Shown here: in pieces, positions 49,201 through 57,356 of the stretch
How positions within the stretch are numbered: the first letter of the stretch is position 1
Layout of the letters: every line of letters starts with the position of its first letter
Source: an uncultured Erysipelotrichaceae bacterium
Lineage (GTDB): Bacteria > Bacillota_I > Bacilli_A > RFN20 > CAG-826
Length of the DNA stretch: 64,000 nt
Assembly (NCBI GenBank): GCA_902797795.1
Contig: CADBUF010000012.1
Span: 232-64,231 of the forward strand
Direction of reading: 5' to 3'
The notes under the pieces: generated by a model
Told to the model about the DNA's origin: nothing
The model's database searches: none
The model's input: only the letters and a program-made list of their open reading frames with translations
Program-made: the position numbers and the translations under genes

Positions 49201-50472
49201 TTCAAGTTGACTCATATCAACATGATTAAAGTCATCTAAAATCTTGATTTGTTTTTCATCTAAAAGTTCAATTTCTTCAAGTTTTAATGGTGATTTGAGC
49301 AGTTTTTTAAGAATTATGTCATATAAATCAATGATTTGATTAATCGAGTCATCACTATATAAATCACTTCTAAATTCAAACCAAATATAGAACTTATTTC
49401 TATCTCTATGGATCTCAATAGACATGATTCCTTTTCCATCTTTTTCTTCGATTTGTTTAGCCACTACTTCTTTGTCGTTGAATGTTGTTTTAAACATATA
49501 ATCACCTTGATAGGCAAATAAGATTTCAGGAGAGACACCTAAATTTGTAACAACTTGAGAGAAGGAATATAAATCATGTTTAACATTATTAATCAATTCG
49601 TCATTAACCTTATTAAACATTTCTTTGGAAGTTTTGATATTTTCTAAATTGAGATAAAGAGGGAATGTCCTTACAAACATACCAAAAGTATTTTCTAATG
49701 TTTCATCTCTACCATTATGAATGGAAGCAATTATTACTTCTTTGTCCATGTTCACTTTTGAAAGGAGGAACATAAAACAAGAGATAAAATAGCTTGATGT
49801 TTTAATTCCTTGCTTATGAGTAAATTCACGAACCTCACTAGCGTCAACTTTTAATTCTTTTTTAATCGTATGATGACTAATTTCTTCTTTTTTATAGTCC
49901 TCGACTATTGTACTTTCAGTGTCGATTCCACCATAGTTGTCTTTATAATATTTTTCAGCTTCTTTAAATTCCTTGGATTTTAGAAGTTTTTGTTCGCGCT
50001 TACAGTAGGAGAAGACATCTTCTTTTTCAGAAGGTATTTTCTTTCCTTTATATAAAGCATCTAAGGAATCAATGAATAATTTAATTGTGTTACCATCAGC
50101 GATGATGTGATGGAAATCAAAAAATAGATAATATTCTTTATTAACTTTTAAAAGCTCAAAACGATATAAGTGATGGTTAAATAGATCAAATTCCTTCACC
50201 AACCCTTTTTCATTAATCTTTTTTAATTCTTTAAGAGGGACTTTGATATCTTCTACATGACATTCTTTGTAGAAGTTTCCTTCATCATCTTTTTTAATGA
50301 TCGTAAATATCCCTTGATGGACTTTACTAAACTCATTAATAGCGGCCTCTATTTTCTTGGCGTCAACATCTTCTCCTAAAGGTAATAAAGAAGGGAGGTT
50401 ATATTTAGTTGTCGGTTTTAAACATTCAAACAAAATCCCTAATTCAGATTGCGATAAAAGATACTTTTCCAT
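43237..50472 (-). CDS. dimodular non-ribosomal peptide synthetase, C-A-T-C-A-T-R (terminal thioester reductase)
   Basis: 2411 aa. C1 HHIIADG (aa 121-127). A1 cores LYTSGSTGVPKGV / NLYGPTEG / YKTGDIVRF...GRKDFQVKIRGFRVEL with FDAD (Asp235). T1 GITSIS. C2 HHLICDG. A2 YTSGSTGKPKGV / NGYGPTET / YRSGDLARM...GRLDNQIKLHGLRIEL with FDAS. T2 LGGTSLSA. R domain Rossmann VVLLTGATGFLGIHIL. Confidence 0.95.
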   Translation of the reverse strand: MEKYLLSQSELGILFECLKPTTKYNLPSLLPLGEDVDAKKIEAAINEFSKVHQGIFTIIKKDDEGNFYKECHVEDIKVPLKELKKINEKGLVKEFDLFNHHLYRFELLKVNKEYYLFFDFHHIIADGNTIKLFIDSLDALYKGKKIPSEKEDVFSYCKREQKLLKSKEFKEAEKYYKDNYGGIDTESTIVEDYKKEEISHHTIKKELKVDASEVREFTHKQGIKTSSYFISCFMFLLSKVNMDKEVIIASIHNGRDETLENTFGMFVRTFPLYLNLENIKTSKEMFNKVNDELINNVKHDLYSFSQVVTNLGVSPEILFAYQGDYMFKTTFNDKEVVAKQIEEKDGKGIMSIEIHRDRNKFYIWFEFRSDLYSDDSINQIIDLYDIILKKLLKSPLKLEEIELLDEKQIKILDDFNHVDMSQLEQGKTILDKFDYWLNKEPNKTLVVYKDKSYTYKEVDLYSNRIANELIRLGVKEEDKVSILISKSEYIVIASLGVIKSCAAYQPLDVSYPKERLNFMVKDASSKVVIAERQYIDLLDEYKGPVIYLDEFDKLKDESRPTNRPRPENLFIMLYTSGSTGVPKGVMLEHQNIMSVCNVDINFRNLQHDARVSAYASYGFDADMLDLYPTIVVGGTIYIIPEEMRLDLIGLNKYLNENKITDAFFTTQVGRQLVSELTFETIRTISVGGEKLVPLDPPKNYKLFNLYGPTEGTIYCSGYHVDKLYHRIPIGHALSDYKFYVLDENKKRLPYLAKGELYISGPQVSRGYLNRDEENKKAFLINPFDDDPRFKKLYKTGDIVRFLPNGDIDFIGRKDFQVKIRGFRVELSEVEQVIRQYPDIKDATVKDFADPAGVKYIVGYIVSDKKIDVDDLKAFIKSKKPPYMVPPYIMQIDAIPLNQNQKVNKKALPVPELKVEDVVKPSTENEQKIFDIIKEILGHDSFGVTTDIYEAGITSISSITLTVRLSKAFNKEISSQDLNEHPNIKELASLMEEQDENKTYDLLSEYPLTKTQEGIFIESIAKVGSTNYNIPLLFKIDKSIDINKLNESVIKALKAHEYLLTTLKMDDDGNIKAIRKEAEPKVEIIKANKLDQKSLVRPFEIVGGPLYRVEIYECKDNNYLFLDVHHLICDGTSENILLNDINKAYSGEKLEKETFTGYELALEENDKRNSKAYENAKEYYATLLKDVEDGYLMKKDLKTEEVAKLHVEDIYSNIDVKAIKEFASKNNLTLNAITNFVFGFTFSKFIYKQDALFVTIYNGRNSSKNMNTVSMMVKTLPVYVKYQENDEVLSLLEEMKKQLESSQINDIYSFQEIASAFNITSDVMFAYQGDLFEFNEIGNKKAESVILDSDDAKSLFSLDVFIEDNKFKLHFEYDESMYNKNTIESFARLFELALLEVTSKKHISEINCLPEVDKKLYEEFNQTYVKPSNKAYPKIVEEIVEKYPNRLALAGVDGEYTYKQFNENANKVAHALSEDKVALGERVIMLMPRRVSAYFVREGILKSGGAFVAIDPKYPDDRIEYIITDSDAKILITTKDIEKEKHDLIKKTKIKVLLIEDILKSNKTSNLNIGIPLDSLCYIIYTSGSTGKPKGVMISHKNLSNYVLDGANLATNEYRIIKDKVSSCSFASFAFDASLQEECVILSHGYQAVIASEEEIENPLLLSQTLKKYGVNIMFLTPSYVSNVLDTLEFVEALKNFKVLDMGAEAVPYELVDRIRKHGIDCLIDNGYGPTETTITSSMTFITDKYVTIGKPVANTSYYILDKAGHILPINAIGDLTIAGDSVGIGYYKLEEKTKASFIDLNGKRAYRSGDLARMNNEGNTEFFGRLDNQIKLHGLRIELDEIENVCNSHPDVTRCVILVKNNDVDGDYLALYYTASKPLDKETLTSYMAKSLTPYMIPKAMMQLDRIPLTPNGKIDKKSLPEIVSTSSNKEKKAPRNKTEKTICEIFAKALGKQDIGIDEDFFELGGTSLSASKVAMLALKEGLPIAYKDVFEHSTALELASLINKDEEVVEEEKAVEESKDNKYAALNKNTIEYVDDIHKERDLGVVLLTGATGFLGIHILKELIDQHIETYVLVRSKQISLHSRLSLLLEYYFDSPFTEELDSFIHIVDGDIADENLTDKLKDIKFDTLINSAAIVKHFSNDDIIEKINVGGVKNLIGIALKHNARMIQISTLSVAGENIDHKFAENFRMKENQLDIGQDISNKYIHSKFMAEAAMLEAINKDGLDGKIVRVGNLMSRQSDGEFQINSITNGFMRSLRGYYALGKFPISSLDETTDFSPIDEVAKSILVLATAPKEFTVFHSANSHPVEMGDVIEAMNDCGLKIEKVGDKEFMDEVIKATNDDVKSKKVSALITYTSSDNHSHSYILTDNSFSIKALYRLGYKWPITDQEYLTKAIKSLISLDYFERDD

Positions 50473-50477
50473 AATTG

Positions 50478-51092
50478 TTATTCCTCCAAAGAATTGATTT
50501 TCTTAATATTTATATTAAATGGTTTTTCCTCTTTTAAAGTAAGAGATAACGAATAGCCATCATATATCATCGATTTAGTGTAACCACCATATCTATTTCC
50601 TTCTAAAGGAAGGCCCTTTATTTTTCTTATATCCATAAGCGAATTAGAGAAACATTTAATAAGGCTTTCTTTATTAGACCAAAGAAGGAATAAATCATTG
50701 ATATCATTAATTTCTTTTTCTTCATCCACTAATGAATATTTAATCGCCCCAATTTTGCTTTGATCAATGCGTTCAATATCCACTCCAACATCTCTATCTA
50801 TAGAGACAGCAAGAACAACATATTCCCCTGAATGTGACAAATTAAAATATGGTCCATTTTCCATATAAGGCTTACCATTATCGGTAAATTTAATCTCTTT
50901 ATGTGGAAGAAATTTATATAGTAAATACCCTCCACCCAAGGAGAGAATTTGATCCTTTTTTTGAACGAACCTATTAGCTTTTTCAATTCGACTTTTATCA
51001 ATATGAGAAACAATAAAAGAATAATTGTCGTTTACAAAAGAAGTATGAAGAATATAGACATTAATTTCATTCATTAAAAAATATTCTAACAC
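50478..51092 (-). CDS. Sfp-type 4'-phosphopantetheinyl transferase
   Basis: 204 aa. VGVDIERI and WSNKESLIKC (W..KE...K) motifs. 5-nt gap to the NRPS start. Confidence 0.8.
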   Translation of the reverse strand: MLEYFLMNEINVYILHTSFVNDNYSFIVSHIDKSRIEKANRFVQKKDQILSLGGGYLLYKFLPHKEIKFTDNGKPYMENGPYFNLSHSGEYVVLAVSIDRDVGVDIERIDQSKIGAIKYSLVDEEKEINDINDLFLLWSNKESLIKCFSNSLMDIRKIKGLPLEGNRYGGYTKSMIYDGYSLSLTLKEEKPFNINIKKINSLEE

Positions 51093-51149
51093 ACCTATGT
51101 ATTACGCGTTAATAATTTCCGTTCAATAAATTGAAAGAGGATTATATAA

Positions 51150-51929
51150 CTAATATTTTCCGAAAAGAAGAACCGCTACGACGAGAATTTGGCTTTTTGA
51201 CAATGAATCAGTGATTTCATATTTTATTGATAAGTCATAAAGAGTGATATAGTTACCACTAATAGAGGCATAAAAACCACCAAAAATTTTATTGATGTTA
51301 CTACCACTCAATTCATAAAGATAGCCACCGAAAGCGTTTTTAATTTGATTGCCTCTAATTTCAAAAACTGGTCCATATCCTTCTTGATTAACCATATCAT
51401 TTTCAATACGGTAATATGTATTTGTTCGCATATCTAAAATACGGCTACCATCAATTCTTAATATCGGTCCATAACCAACTTGTTTAACATATATAGTGGA
51501 AATAGAAGAATAACGGTAAGAGGTTCTTTCATCTCTTTCTGCTTTATAAAAATATTCATTATTTTTCTCTATTTCAATCTCACTTTTTTCATTAAAAGAA
51601 GAGGTTTCTTTCGCGTCTTTATTCTCTTCTATATCTTTTTCTTCTTTAAATTCGCTTGGTATTGGAGCGTTTATTTTGTTCTTATTTGACACATATTGGA
51701 TAGTAAAAAAGACTAGAAAAACAAGTAAGGCAATAATTCCGATAATGAGCAAAATTAAACCAGAAATAAATAGACCTTCGCCTTTTTTAAAATTGTAAAT
51801 TAAAGAAGACGCTCCATAGGCGGTTCCAATAATTCCAAACACCGCAATTGTCCAAAGAAAATATCGTCTTCTCATAACTAATAAAAGTTTATCATAAGTA
51901 ATACTTATTCTATATATAAAATGTAACAC
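51150..51929 (-). CDS. membrane-anchored hypothetical protein with C-terminal Gly/aromatic-rich tandem repeats
   Basis: 259 aa. N-terminal TM segments. C-terminal imperfect about 14-22 aa repeats (YGPILRIDGSRILD / YGPVFEIRGNQIKNAFGGYLYELSGSNINKIFGGFYASISGNYI). No known motif recognised. Confidence 0.35.
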   Translation of the reverse strand: MLHFIYRISITYDKLLLVMRRRYFLWTIAVFGIIGTAYGASSLIYNFKKGEGLFISGLILLIIGIIALLVFLVFFTIQYVSNKNKINAPIPSEFKEEKDIEENKDAKETSSFNEKSEIEIEKNNEYFYKAERDERTSYRYSSISTIYVKQVGYGPILRIDGSRILDMRTNTYYRIENDMVNQEGYGPVFEIRGNQIKNAFGGYLYELSGSNINKIFGGFYASISGNYITLYDLSIKYEITDSLSKSQILVVAVLLFGKY

Positions 51930-52028
51930 CGCTTTTATAAAAAGACAGTAGATGAATTAGTGGACTACATCGATAAAATGATTGCTATGATCATTAATAT
52001 TTAAAATATCGGAAAAAATAATTATACC

Positions 52029-52931
52029 TTAAATTAATCCCGCTAAAGTATTTAACGCCATCCCTATAGAAACAAGGATAATGATTAATAATAACTGGAG
52101 TTTATTTTTGCTTTTAAAGAATAATACTGTACCTAAAGAAACGATGATGAAATCTAATCCAACAATCACATTAACAATCGCAGGAATCGAATTAGAATAA
52201 GAGAAGGCTCTATATTTTGCCACTACTGTTAAAGCGTTAAATACCGCTCCTAAGAAGATAAATAAATGACCCTTCCAATTAATAGTTACCACTTCTTTTA
52301 TTGATTTAGTGAAAATAGAAGATAAAAGCATCGCTATAAATAAGATGAAGGTTTGATGAAAAGAAATAACGTCAGATGGTAAATCACTTAACTTTAATTT
52401 GACGATTAATAAAACAAAGGCAAAAGCAATAACAGACACGAGAGCAAATATCACCCAATGTGCCTTCGCTTTAGAATTGATCTTTTTATTAAAAACAATA
52501 TAGATAAGGGCCGCTAATAAAAGGGCTAAACCAATAAAATATAAAGCGATATTTGCTGGTTTACCACCACCAGTAACAAGTGAAAAAGTAAAGATTATAA
52601 ATAAAGAGTTAGCGAAAAACAAAGTTCCCGCACTACAAAATGGTGAGAAAGCTTCTAAATGAGACCTTTTAATAGCGAGGAAATAAAATAACCAGTTTAT
52701 CGCCATTAAAATTCCAACCAAAGAAATCCAAAGCCACTGTTCTAGTGACAAGTTATATAAAGTTGGAACGTGGCCAAGAGCTAAACATATAAAGAAACAA
52801 GCAATAACCATAAAAAATGATTTAAGAGCTGCATTTGTTATGGCCGAAGCTTTATTCGCGCCCAATTTATTAAAAATAGTGTTGCCACTAGAGGCAAGCA
52901 AAGCTAGAAAAGCAAATAAAATATATTCCAC
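52029..52931 (-). CDS. DMT-superfamily (EamA-like) transporter
   Basis: 300 aa, about 10 TM. Two-half internal symmetry typical of EamA. Confidence 0.45.
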   Translation of the reverse strand: MEYILFAFLALLASSGNTIFNKLGANKASAITNAALKSFFMVIACFFICLALGHVPTLYNLSLEQWLWISLVGILMAINWLFYFLAIKRSHLEAFSPFCSAGTLFFANSLFIIFTFSLVTGGGKPANIALYFIGLALLLAALIYIVFNKKINSKAKAHWVIFALVSVIAFAFVLLIVKLKLSDLPSDVISFHQTFILFIAMLLSSIFTKSIKEVVTINWKGHLFIFLGAVFNALTVVAKYRAFSYSNSIPAIVNVIVGLDFIIVSLGTVLFFKSKNKLQLLLIIILVSIGMALNTLAGLI

Positions 52932-53022
52932 GATTAATAGGATACTCTTTTTTATAAAAAGGCGATAGAAAAAGGACTCTTTAATAACCTATTTTGAATA
53001 AGAGGTTAATAGGAGTAAATCG

Positions 53023-54501
53023 TTATTGCTCTTCGTTTTTCTCTACGTTATCTTCATTTAACGATTCAACATCTTTTTCAATTTTCTTTTTTGAAAGGAA
53101 TTGCCACAAAAAGAAGGCCGCTCCTAAAACAATCCAAACCGCAAAGATGATGTAAGACGGAATAGAGAAGTTAACTCCTAGTCCACCAATAGGAACTAGT
53201 TGGATAACAATAAAGACAATCGAAAAAGCTAACCCTGACAGGGTTATGATTTTCATAAAGATGCTTCCATCTTTTTCTTTTTTCATTGTGATGAAAGCCG
53301 CTAAACAGGTAAATCCAAAGCCAATAGAAGTACCAATCGAAGCCATATCCACAAACCAGCTTAAGGCGTTTCTTCCTAAAAATGGTCCGACCAAAGAAAT
53401 GATTAAACAGAATAAAATAGCAAATTGTGGGACGCTATGTTTTTTATCAACTGTGCCAAATCTTTTTGGTAGATATCCTTCTCTTCCCATAGAGAATATT
53501 AGTCTACTAGAGGCCATATAAAAGCCCATGATACCCGATAAAATAGCGCTTAATACAGCTACCGCTAAAATGATTGTTCCAGGGATCTTTCCTAAGATTT
53601 GTTGAGCAGCATATAATAGTGGCCAACTACCACCGCTAGCGATGTATTCTGGCCATTTTTCAATCACTAAGGCAGTAATCGTATTATTAGCAACATAGAC
53701 AAATGTTCCAAACAAAATAGCGATCACCATGATAAAGATAACTTTTTTAAAGCTGAATTTAAATTCTTCCGCAGCTTGAGGAATTGTTTCAAAACCAACG
53801 AATGCCCAAGGGGCAATTGCTAAAGTCGCAAATATTGATGAAGTAATTCCGATGCCACCTAATTTAGGATCATCAGGCAATTTGAAATATCCCCAAATGT
53901 TACCCATATTGCTCCATTTAGTAAGTGGAGAGGCTAAAGCGGCTATAACTAAAACAATAACCGTCGAACCTAATAACACCGCTAGAATGGTTTGTACAAT
54001 CCCAGCCTTTTTAGTTCCTAACATATTAATGACAGCGAAAAGTATTAACACTCCACACGCTAATAAGATTTCACCTAAATAAATTGTTTTCCCGGCTATT
54101 TCATAAGAAAAGCCAAAATGTAATGATCCTGGAGCAATGCCATCCACCACAAGCCCTAAGGCTGTTGAATTAAGTGGGACATTAGATAAATAAGCAGCAA
54201 TTAAAAACCAACCACATATATAAGCAGGAATTCTACCAAAACATTGCTTAGCAAAAATAAATTCTCCGCCTGCTTTTGGATGTTTTTTAATCATATAGGC
54301 ATAGCTAAAGGAGATAATTATCATAATTATTGCTCCTATTGCTATAGCAATTGCAGTACCTAAAACACCAGAATTAGGAAGGAACTTTTCTCCAGGATTG
54401 ATGAAAGCTCCCCAACCGATGATACAACCAAACGCAATGGCCCATACGTCCATTGGGTTAAGTTTCTTTTTAAATTGTTGCTGTCCTTCTGGTTTATTCA
54501 T
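53023..54501 (-). CDS. APC-family amino acid permease
   Basis: 492 aa, 12-13 TM. APC-type N-terminal region (WAIAFGCIIGWGAF), acidic C-tail. Confidence 0.7.
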   Translation of the reverse strand: MNKPEGQQQFKKKLNPMDVWAIAFGCIIGWGAFINPGEKFLPNSGVLGTAIAIAIGAIIMIIISFSYAYMIKKHPKAGGEFIFAKQCFGRIPAYICGWFLIAAYLSNVPLNSTALGLVVDGIAPGSLHFGFSYEIAGKTIYLGEILLACGVLILFAVINMLGTKKAGIVQTILAVLLGSTVIVLVIAALASPLTKWSNMGNIWGYFKLPDDPKLGGIGITSSIFATLAIAPWAFVGFETIPQAAEEFKFSFKKVIFIMVIAILFGTFVYVANNTITALVIEKWPEYIASGGSWPLLYAAQQILGKIPGTIILAVAVLSAILSGIMGFYMASSRLIFSMGREGYLPKRFGTVDKKHSVPQFAILFCLIISLVGPFLGRNALSWFVDMASIGTSIGFGFTCLAAFITMKKEKDGSIFMKIITLSGLAFSIVFIVIQLVPIGGLGVNFSIPSYIIFAVWIVLGAAFFLWQFLSKKKIEKDVESLNEDNVEKNEEQ

Positions 54502-55765
54502 AATGTTTATCTGCCTTTAAAACAGCATTGAGCATGACACTAGCTCCTAACATACAGTGTTTAGGATCGGAATATTCTTCTTCACAATGTGATAAACCTT
54601 TTTTTGATTGCACAAAAATCATTGTGGTAGGAATGATATAAGAAACAAATTGTGCATCATGTCCTGCTCCACTATGGATGTATTGATGTTTAACATCAAG
54701 TTCTTCACATGATTCTTTGACAAATTTCACTAAATCTTTGTCCCAATAGACTGTATCTCGATTCCACATTGGAATAACTTTACATGTACATTTAGCGAAT
54801 TCTTTTCCATCAAATGATTTAACAATTTCTAACACTTTATCTAAAACTTTAGGATCTTCATGTCTAACATCTAAAGAGAAATTGACATAATCAGGAACAC
54901 AAGTATGAACATCTGGGTGACAAACAATCTCACCAGTTGTGTACACTAATTCGGGTCTATTTAAGGCATCAATTTTTTGATGTAATTCGATTAACGCTAA
55001 ACTTGCCGCATATAAAGCATCTTTTCTTTTATGCATTGGGAAAGTTCCCGCGTGAGTAGTTTGACCATGGAATTCTAAGCGATAATTAAACATTCCAAGA
55101 ACACAATCAACAACTCCGATTTCATTACCCGCATCTTCTAAGATTGGGCCTTGTTCAATATGGGTTTCAAAATTACAAACATATTTGTCTCTAGATAATC
55201 GATTTTCTTTTTTGCCTTTATATTTAAAGGCTTCTAAAGCTTCTTTATAGGTTGTGGTTTTATCTAAGACATTGATTGAGGCCATCATCTTATGATATTC
55301 CACACTAGGTTTAATATAATCAGGCAAATATTCATAAGCCACCATTCCACTTGTCATAATTGCTGGTGGATATAAAGAGCCTTCTTCATTAGTCCAAATC
55401 ATCGCGGTGATTGGATGTTTATGAGGTATTTTCTTTTCAACGATTGTCTCTAAGACTTCCATCGCTGACATAACTCCTAAAATGCCGTCATAATTACCAC
55501 CGTTTTTCACAGAGTCACAATGTGAACCCATCACAATTCTTTTGGCTTTTGGGTCACTTCCTTCAATTGTCGCATACATATTGGCCAAATCATCTACTTC
55601 GATTTTTGCCCCAATCGCTGTCATTCTTTTAACGAATTCATCACGCGCCATCTCGTCTTCTTTACTTAATGCATATCGAGTAATACCGCCGTGCCCAGCA
55701 TCACCAAATTTGGAGAATGTTTTAATCTTATCTTCCATTCTCTTTAAATCACATAAATAGGCCAT
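54494..55765 (-). CDS. M20-family Zn amidohydrolase (N-carbamoyl-amino-acid amidohydrolase / allantoate amidohydrolase family)
   Basis: 423 aa. N-terminal GDAGHGGITRYALSKEDEMARDEF...MGSHCDSVKNGGNYDGILGV matches the hydantoinase/carbamoylase-family amidase signature. 8-nt overlap with the permease gene. Confidence 0.8.
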   Translation of the reverse strand: MAYLCDLKRMEDKIKTFSKFGDAGHGGITRYALSKEDEMARDEFVKRMTAIGAKIEVDDLANMYATIEGSDPKAKRIVMGSHCDSVKNGGNYDGILGVMSAMEVLETIVEKKIPHKHPITAMIWTNEEGSLYPPAIMTSGMVAYEYLPDYIKPSVEYHKMMASINVLDKTTTYKEALEAFKYKGKKENRLSRDKYVCNFETHIEQGPILEDAGNEIGVVDCVLGMFNYRLEFHGQTTHAGTFPMHKRKDALYAASLALIELHQKIDALNRPELVYTTGEIVCHPDVHTCVPDYVNFSLDVRHEDPKVLDKVLEIVKSFDGKEFAKCTCKVIPMWNRDTVYWDKDLVKFVKESCEELDVKHQYIHSGAGHDAQFVSYIIPTTMIFVQSKKGLSHCEEEYSDPKHCMLGASVMLNAVLKADKHYE

Positions 55766-55767
55766 AA

Positions 55768-57147
55768 TTATTTTCCTTTATACCTTTCTCTTTTAATAAA
55801 TTTACCATAGCCACGTTCACCAAGGAACTCACCATCTTTAAAGACTAATTTGCCTCTTAAATATGTAGAAGTTACATATCCGTGACATTTATAGCCTTCC
55901 CAGATTGTGTGGTCATAATTAGAATGCATATTTTTTACGGAAACAGTGAATTCTTTCTTTGGATCAAATAGAACAATATCTGCATCTTTTCCGACTTCTA
56001 AGCTTCCCTTATCTTTGCAGCCAAAGATTTTAGCAGGATTATAAGAACAAACTCTCACCACTGTTTCATATGTGGTCTTTCCTTCGTTAGCTTTAGCGAG
56101 CATATAAGGATACATGTTTTCAATACCTGCACATCCATTAGGGATTTTCGTAAAATCATCTTTGCCCCATAATTTTTCACTTTGTTGGAATGGACAATGA
56201 TCTGTCGCTACTGTATCAATATAGCCTTCATTTAATGCTTTCCATAATGCTTCAAGGGAATCTTGACCTTTCATTGGTGGAGAACAAACGAAGTTGATTC
56301 CATTTTCTCTTTTAAATACTTCGTTAGTGAATTCTAAATAATGTGGACAAGTTTCAACTTTAACGTCATACCCTTTCTTTTTGGCGTCAATAATTGCGTC
56401 AAGTCCTTCTTTATCTGACATATGAACAATATAAACAGGGGTATTAAGATGAGTGGCCCAATGAACCGCTCGTTTATCTGCTTCGGCAGCCACAAATTCT
56501 GGTCGAGATAAATAGTGGTACCAGGCGCTAGTCTTGCCTTCTTTTAGGAATTGTTCACTTCGAACATCGATGATGTCTGGATTTTCAGCGTGTAAGTTGA
56601 GCATCGCACCCACTTCTTTACATCTTAAAAGGAGTTGATAAATCATTCCGTCATCCACCATCATTCCTTCTTTTTTATAGACCATATAACCTTTAAAAGA
56701 AGTGATACCAGATTCACAAGCTTCATCCATCTCTTTTAATATTTCTCCATCATTGAAATTAGTGATCGCAACGTGGAAAGAATAATCACAGCAGGCATCT
56801 TTTTCACACATTTCAAATCTTGGTTTAAGTGTTTCTTTAATTGAATTGCCCTTTCTTTGGCATGGGTAATCAATAATTGATGTCGTTCCACCACATAAGG
56901 CCGCTCTTGTACCAGTAAAATAATCATCAGCGGAAATCGTTCCACCAAAAGGCATCGCTAGATGGGTGTGAACATCAATTGCTCCAGGAACAACTATCTT
57001 TCCTGAGGCGTCCACCACTTCTTTTGCAGGCTCTAAAATGCTTTCTTTAATTAAAGCAATCTTTCCTTCCTTAACAGCGATATCTACTTTTTTTATTCCA
57101 TTAGGTAAAACAACTTGGCCATTTTTAATCAAAAGATCAAATTCCAT
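55768..57147 (-). CDS. hyuA: D-hydantoinase / dihydropyrimidinase
   Basis: 459 aa. GAIDVHTHLAMPFGGT metal-binding motif, carboxylated-Lys region and amidohydrolase fold. Confidence 0.8.
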   Translation of the reverse strand: MEFDLLIKNGQVVLPNGIKKVDIAVKEGKIALIKESILEPAKEVVDASGKIVVPGAIDVHTHLAMPFGGTISADDYFTGTRAALCGGTTSIIDYPCQRKGNSIKETLKPRFEMCEKDACCDYSFHVAITNFNDGEILKEMDEACESGITSFKGYMVYKKEGMMVDDGMIYQLLLRCKEVGAMLNLHAENPDIIDVRSEQFLKEGKTSAWYHYLSRPEFVAAEADKRAVHWATHLNTPVYIVHMSDKEGLDAIIDAKKKGYDVKVETCPHYLEFTNEVFKRENGINFVCSPPMKGQDSLEALWKALNEGYIDTVATDHCPFQQSEKLWGKDDFTKIPNGCAGIENMYPYMLAKANEGKTTYETVVRVCSYNPAKIFGCKDKGSLEVGKDADIVLFDPKKEFTVSVKNMHSNYDHTIWEGYKCHGYVTSTYLRGKLVFKDGEFLGERGYGKFIKRERYKGK

Positions 57148-57330
57148 AAATAGTTTTCCTTTAATAAATTATATTTATTTTATCATTTAGTTCTTATGGC
57201 GTCAAAGACGCTCATATAGAAATGAGCAAGTTGTTATAGCAAAACAAACAACGCTAACTATGGTTAGTTATTTTTGAACTCATCAATTTTTTAATAGTTC
57301 ATTCTATAGTGTTGAAGCTGCCACGAACAA

Positions 57331-57356
57331 GAAAAAAACCGAGCTTTTACACTCGG
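57331..57356 (-). terminator. rho-independent terminator ending the minus-strand accessory island
   Basis: On the minus strand: CCGAGtgtaaaagCTCGG hairpin followed by TTTTTTT. Confidence 0.6.

Noticed and set aside
43237-50472. Hand-derived Stachelhaus specificity codes for the two A domains
   Set aside because: Manual alignment to GrsA gave unusual codes (roughly D-A-L-F-I-V-L-I-Y and D-A-Q-F-L-M-G-I-T) that I do not trust without a proper structure-guided alignment. Only the conserved Asp235 (alpha-amino acid substrate) is reported.
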